Assembly (NCBI GenBank): GCA_020536535.1
Contig: JAHLWZ010000150.1
Location: forward strand, 1 to 64,000
Source of the DNA: Pelomyxa schiedti
Lineage: Eukaryota > Protista > Evosea
Length of the DNA stretch: 64,000 nucleotides
Direction: 5' to 3'
The stretch's first letter is position 1. Each line of letters opens with the position of its first letter. The position numbers and the translations under genes were made by a program. The notes beneath the pieces were generated by a model that was not told where the DNA came from, did no database searches, and was given only the letters and a program-made list of their open reading frames with translations. Positions 61,464 to 64,000 of the stretch are shown piece by piece.

Positions 61464-63656
61464 TCATAGTTGCTGAGGTCTCCCGTTTTCCGTATCGTCA
61501 CATTGAGGTGCACCTTCGTCCTCTGCCATGGCAATAGTCACGGCTTTTTTTTCCTGTGGATTGTAAGAACTCTTCCTTTCTGAGGGTAGTGGTGACACAT
61601 ACTAGGCTTTCAAGGGGAAAGCCGGTATCCGCTTTGTGAATGGATGATATGGCCTGTTCTATTTCTCTTGCAAACGGCAAAAACTGGTCTCGGCTTTGTG
61701 GAGTCATTTAAAAAAGAGGGTTGGGGCAGCGGTAACCTTAGTGTTTGAACCCATACGCAGTAATCATCAATGAAAAGGTTATTGAGGTAATGTCTAAACT
61801 CATGCGTTTCCATAATCTTTTTGACTGCAATAAGAGACCGTACTATGGCTCTTAGAAAGGGTCAGCCCTATGTGCAAGAAAGGGACTCAAACCTTGGGCC
61901 AAGCTTGAAAATTATTACTGCATCCTGCGCTACTCGAACAGTAAGATCCCAGTGTCTGTATAGAGGGAATGTGAGAGCCCGTCTGTAGCATCCAACCAGT
62001 GCGTCACGTGTATTTTGAGGAGTCTAGGAATGGTTACAGGCTCCAAAACAATTGTGTGGAGTACATCCAACCAAGCCAACAATGGTGTTAATTTAGAAAT
62101 TGTCCATGCAGACTCTACTGTGGTTTCGTCATGGGTAGTTCGAACGTCATAGCAATATGAATACATAATTTGCAGTAATCCGTTCAGCAGTTCCTGAGTG
62201 TTTGATATCAAGTCTGGATGAAGGCATTTAGAATCAAGCCGTAGGTAACGTTCTTGGCACACATTCTTTTCGAGGCAATGACAGGAGTGTTTGAATATAT
62301 TCAGGAGGCATCTGAATTAAATCGACCTCAGCCTGGTGTGCAGACATTTTGGTTGTGAATTCTGTGTTTGTTGTCTGAGACAAAGGTTCTTTCGTGTCAG
62401 ATGTGTCAATTTGGGAAGTTGGGGTTGATTGGGGTGTTGTTTGCGTTGTTGTTAATGTTGGTGCCGTGGTTGCATTTTCTGGTGTTGGTTGAGTGGTGAT
62501 GGAAGTTCTATCAAGAATTGCCTGAACCAATGTGGCAGGATTTAATACTAGTAGTTTTAGTGCAGAATAAACATCATTCAAGAAATACCGGCACGTTGCT
62601 CTAACGAAAGTGATGCAAAAGACTCTGTACAAACACTTATAGGTGGCGTGGTGGATGCAGTGGCATGTTTACAGATTCGGCTGTGTTCAACACACCACTG
62701 GGGTTCAAAAGCAAGGTGCTTTTCAATTTCTTCATCATCAATAAAGTCAACCCTGAGGGTGGTCTCCACATGAAATGTGATAAAGAATGTACATGTAATG
62801 GTCCTGTTGCTCTTCAAATTTTGCGTTTTCTTGCTCGATACGAAGGGTGCGTCGATTACTTACTGTAGTGGAGTCTGGTTCCAATAAGTCCAGTAATTCC
62901 TAGGCTATGTGTTACAAAGGTGTTGCTTTTTTTTTTTAAATCTTTTCTTGTTTCCTTGTTTCTTTTTTTTTTTTTTTTGAACTTACAGAAAACCTTGATA
63001 TCCTCTTGAAGGGGCTGAAAGAAATTGGAGTAGCAATTATTGAATCCATATTGCGGTTTGCATGCGAGTACATTTAGAGATTCCTTTATCAATATGTTGG
63101 CAACGTAAAACAAAATGAGTACCTCGGCATAATACAACCTCCTCAGGGATGCTCTGTTCAAAAGACCAATCAGGCTCCCCTTCTGTATGCTCCTCTGGTT
63201 GTGCAACACCTTCCATAGCTTCCGTGGCGCAGCTAGCATCACCTCCCACCACTTCGATTTTTGGAGCAAGTTTGGCAACTCTTGGAGTTAACAGCGAGGT
63301 GACCATGTCCAGTCTAGGAAAGAATTCACCACGAACAGCCTTGGGCACCCACACCACAAGTTGCCCCGCCACTCGATCAAAAGTAGCTTTCTGACTCCCG
63401 TCGTCAGTGACTTCGCAAGGAAACGTCAAACTCAAAAAGTACGGATGGGCGTGGAACTTGAACAGTTTTTCAGTGATGACAATGTCCTCTTCTCCCAGCT
63501 TGTATTTTCAAATTGAAAAGCGAATCGCGTGAGATCAAACCGCAAAACGTCGGTCGTTAATCGCGTGCGTAAACACACCTTCAAATACCCCGGGATCTTC
63601 ATAGTGATGATAATGTATTGTTCATCCTGCGTTACACTGAACCTCGGTGTCAACAT
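61464..63656 (-). CDS. SHQ1: SHQ1 H/ACA snoRNP assembly chaperone
   Basis: MLTPRFSVTQD, PYFLSLTFP, YGFNNCYS, YCYDVRTTHDETTVESAWTISKL, RALTFPLYRHW. Confidence 0.92.
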
Positions 63657-63765
63657 TATGCCGTAGAGTTCTCGTTTTTATTTTTTCTTCTTTTCTATGA
63701 AAATTTTTATAAAACAACTGGTAATAGATCTCCTGCGATAGGATAGAATAGAACTAGACATTAGA

Positions 63766-64000
63766 CTAGGTGCTGCTTTGGGTTTTCTTTGCGTCGAGGT
63801 ACCTCCTTGTGTGTGTTAGAATTAATTCAATTAGAATAGAATTGTTTGGGGAGTGGGCGAATTACATAAATGATTGATGAAGGTTGTTTAGAACATATAG
63901 AATGTTAAAGAAGGAATAACTAACCTTCTCGCGGCCTCCATTATGGCTCTCTGCCTGGCAGCAAAAGCTTCCTGCCGTTCATGTGCCGTGGCCGCAAATG
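63766..64000 (-). CDS. 3' end of a gene carrying an AUP1/gp78-type G2BR (Ube2g2-binding) motif, partial
   Basis: Spliced across intron 63803-63924 to ERQEAFAARQRAIMEAARR|YLDAKK, resembling AUP1 ERQESLQERKQALYEYARRRF. Confidence 0.45.

Noticed and set aside
1-64000. tRNA/rRNA genes and transposase or reverse transcriptase ORFs
   Set aside because: None recognised by eye; tRNAscan-SE and Infernal were not run.

Overview
Gene-dense eukaryotic genomic DNA with many short (about 40-120 nt) GT-AG introns, probably an amoebozoan protist. An Shk-type TKL-SH2 kinase points that way; an anaerobic archamoeba such as Pelomyxa is only a guess. About 27 protein genes can be reconstructed by eye; no RNA genes, CRISPR arrays or intact mobile elements were recognised. 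Housekeeping genes include seryl-tRNA synthetase, histone H2B, an RluA/RPUSD2 pseudouridine synthase, a TFIIIC WD40 subunit, SHQ1, HID1, annexin and a GATA factor. Main points of interest: (1) a spliced, 3'-truncated megasynthase with an unusual acyltransferase-carrier-condensation-adenylation (AT-T-C-A) order, i.e. a FAS/SAT-like loading unit fused to an NRPS module; (2) an intron-containing CofE-family gamma-glutamyl ligase; (3) two diverged near-tandem RPB3 paralogs sharing six intron positions, one apparently using a GC donor; (4) a Crinkler-type restriction-endonuclease-fold plus kinase gene; (5) a pseudo-GTPase-Kelch-F-box fusion; (6) several prokaryote-type enzymes (Tpx, GH63, sphingomyelinase-like EEP, amidohydrolase). 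The three 100-N gaps show 121-bp overlaps: bases 1-617 exactly bridge the gap at 24546-24645, and the gap at 27489-27588 is a false gap. All exon models and family calls are by-eye inferences, with no database searches run.
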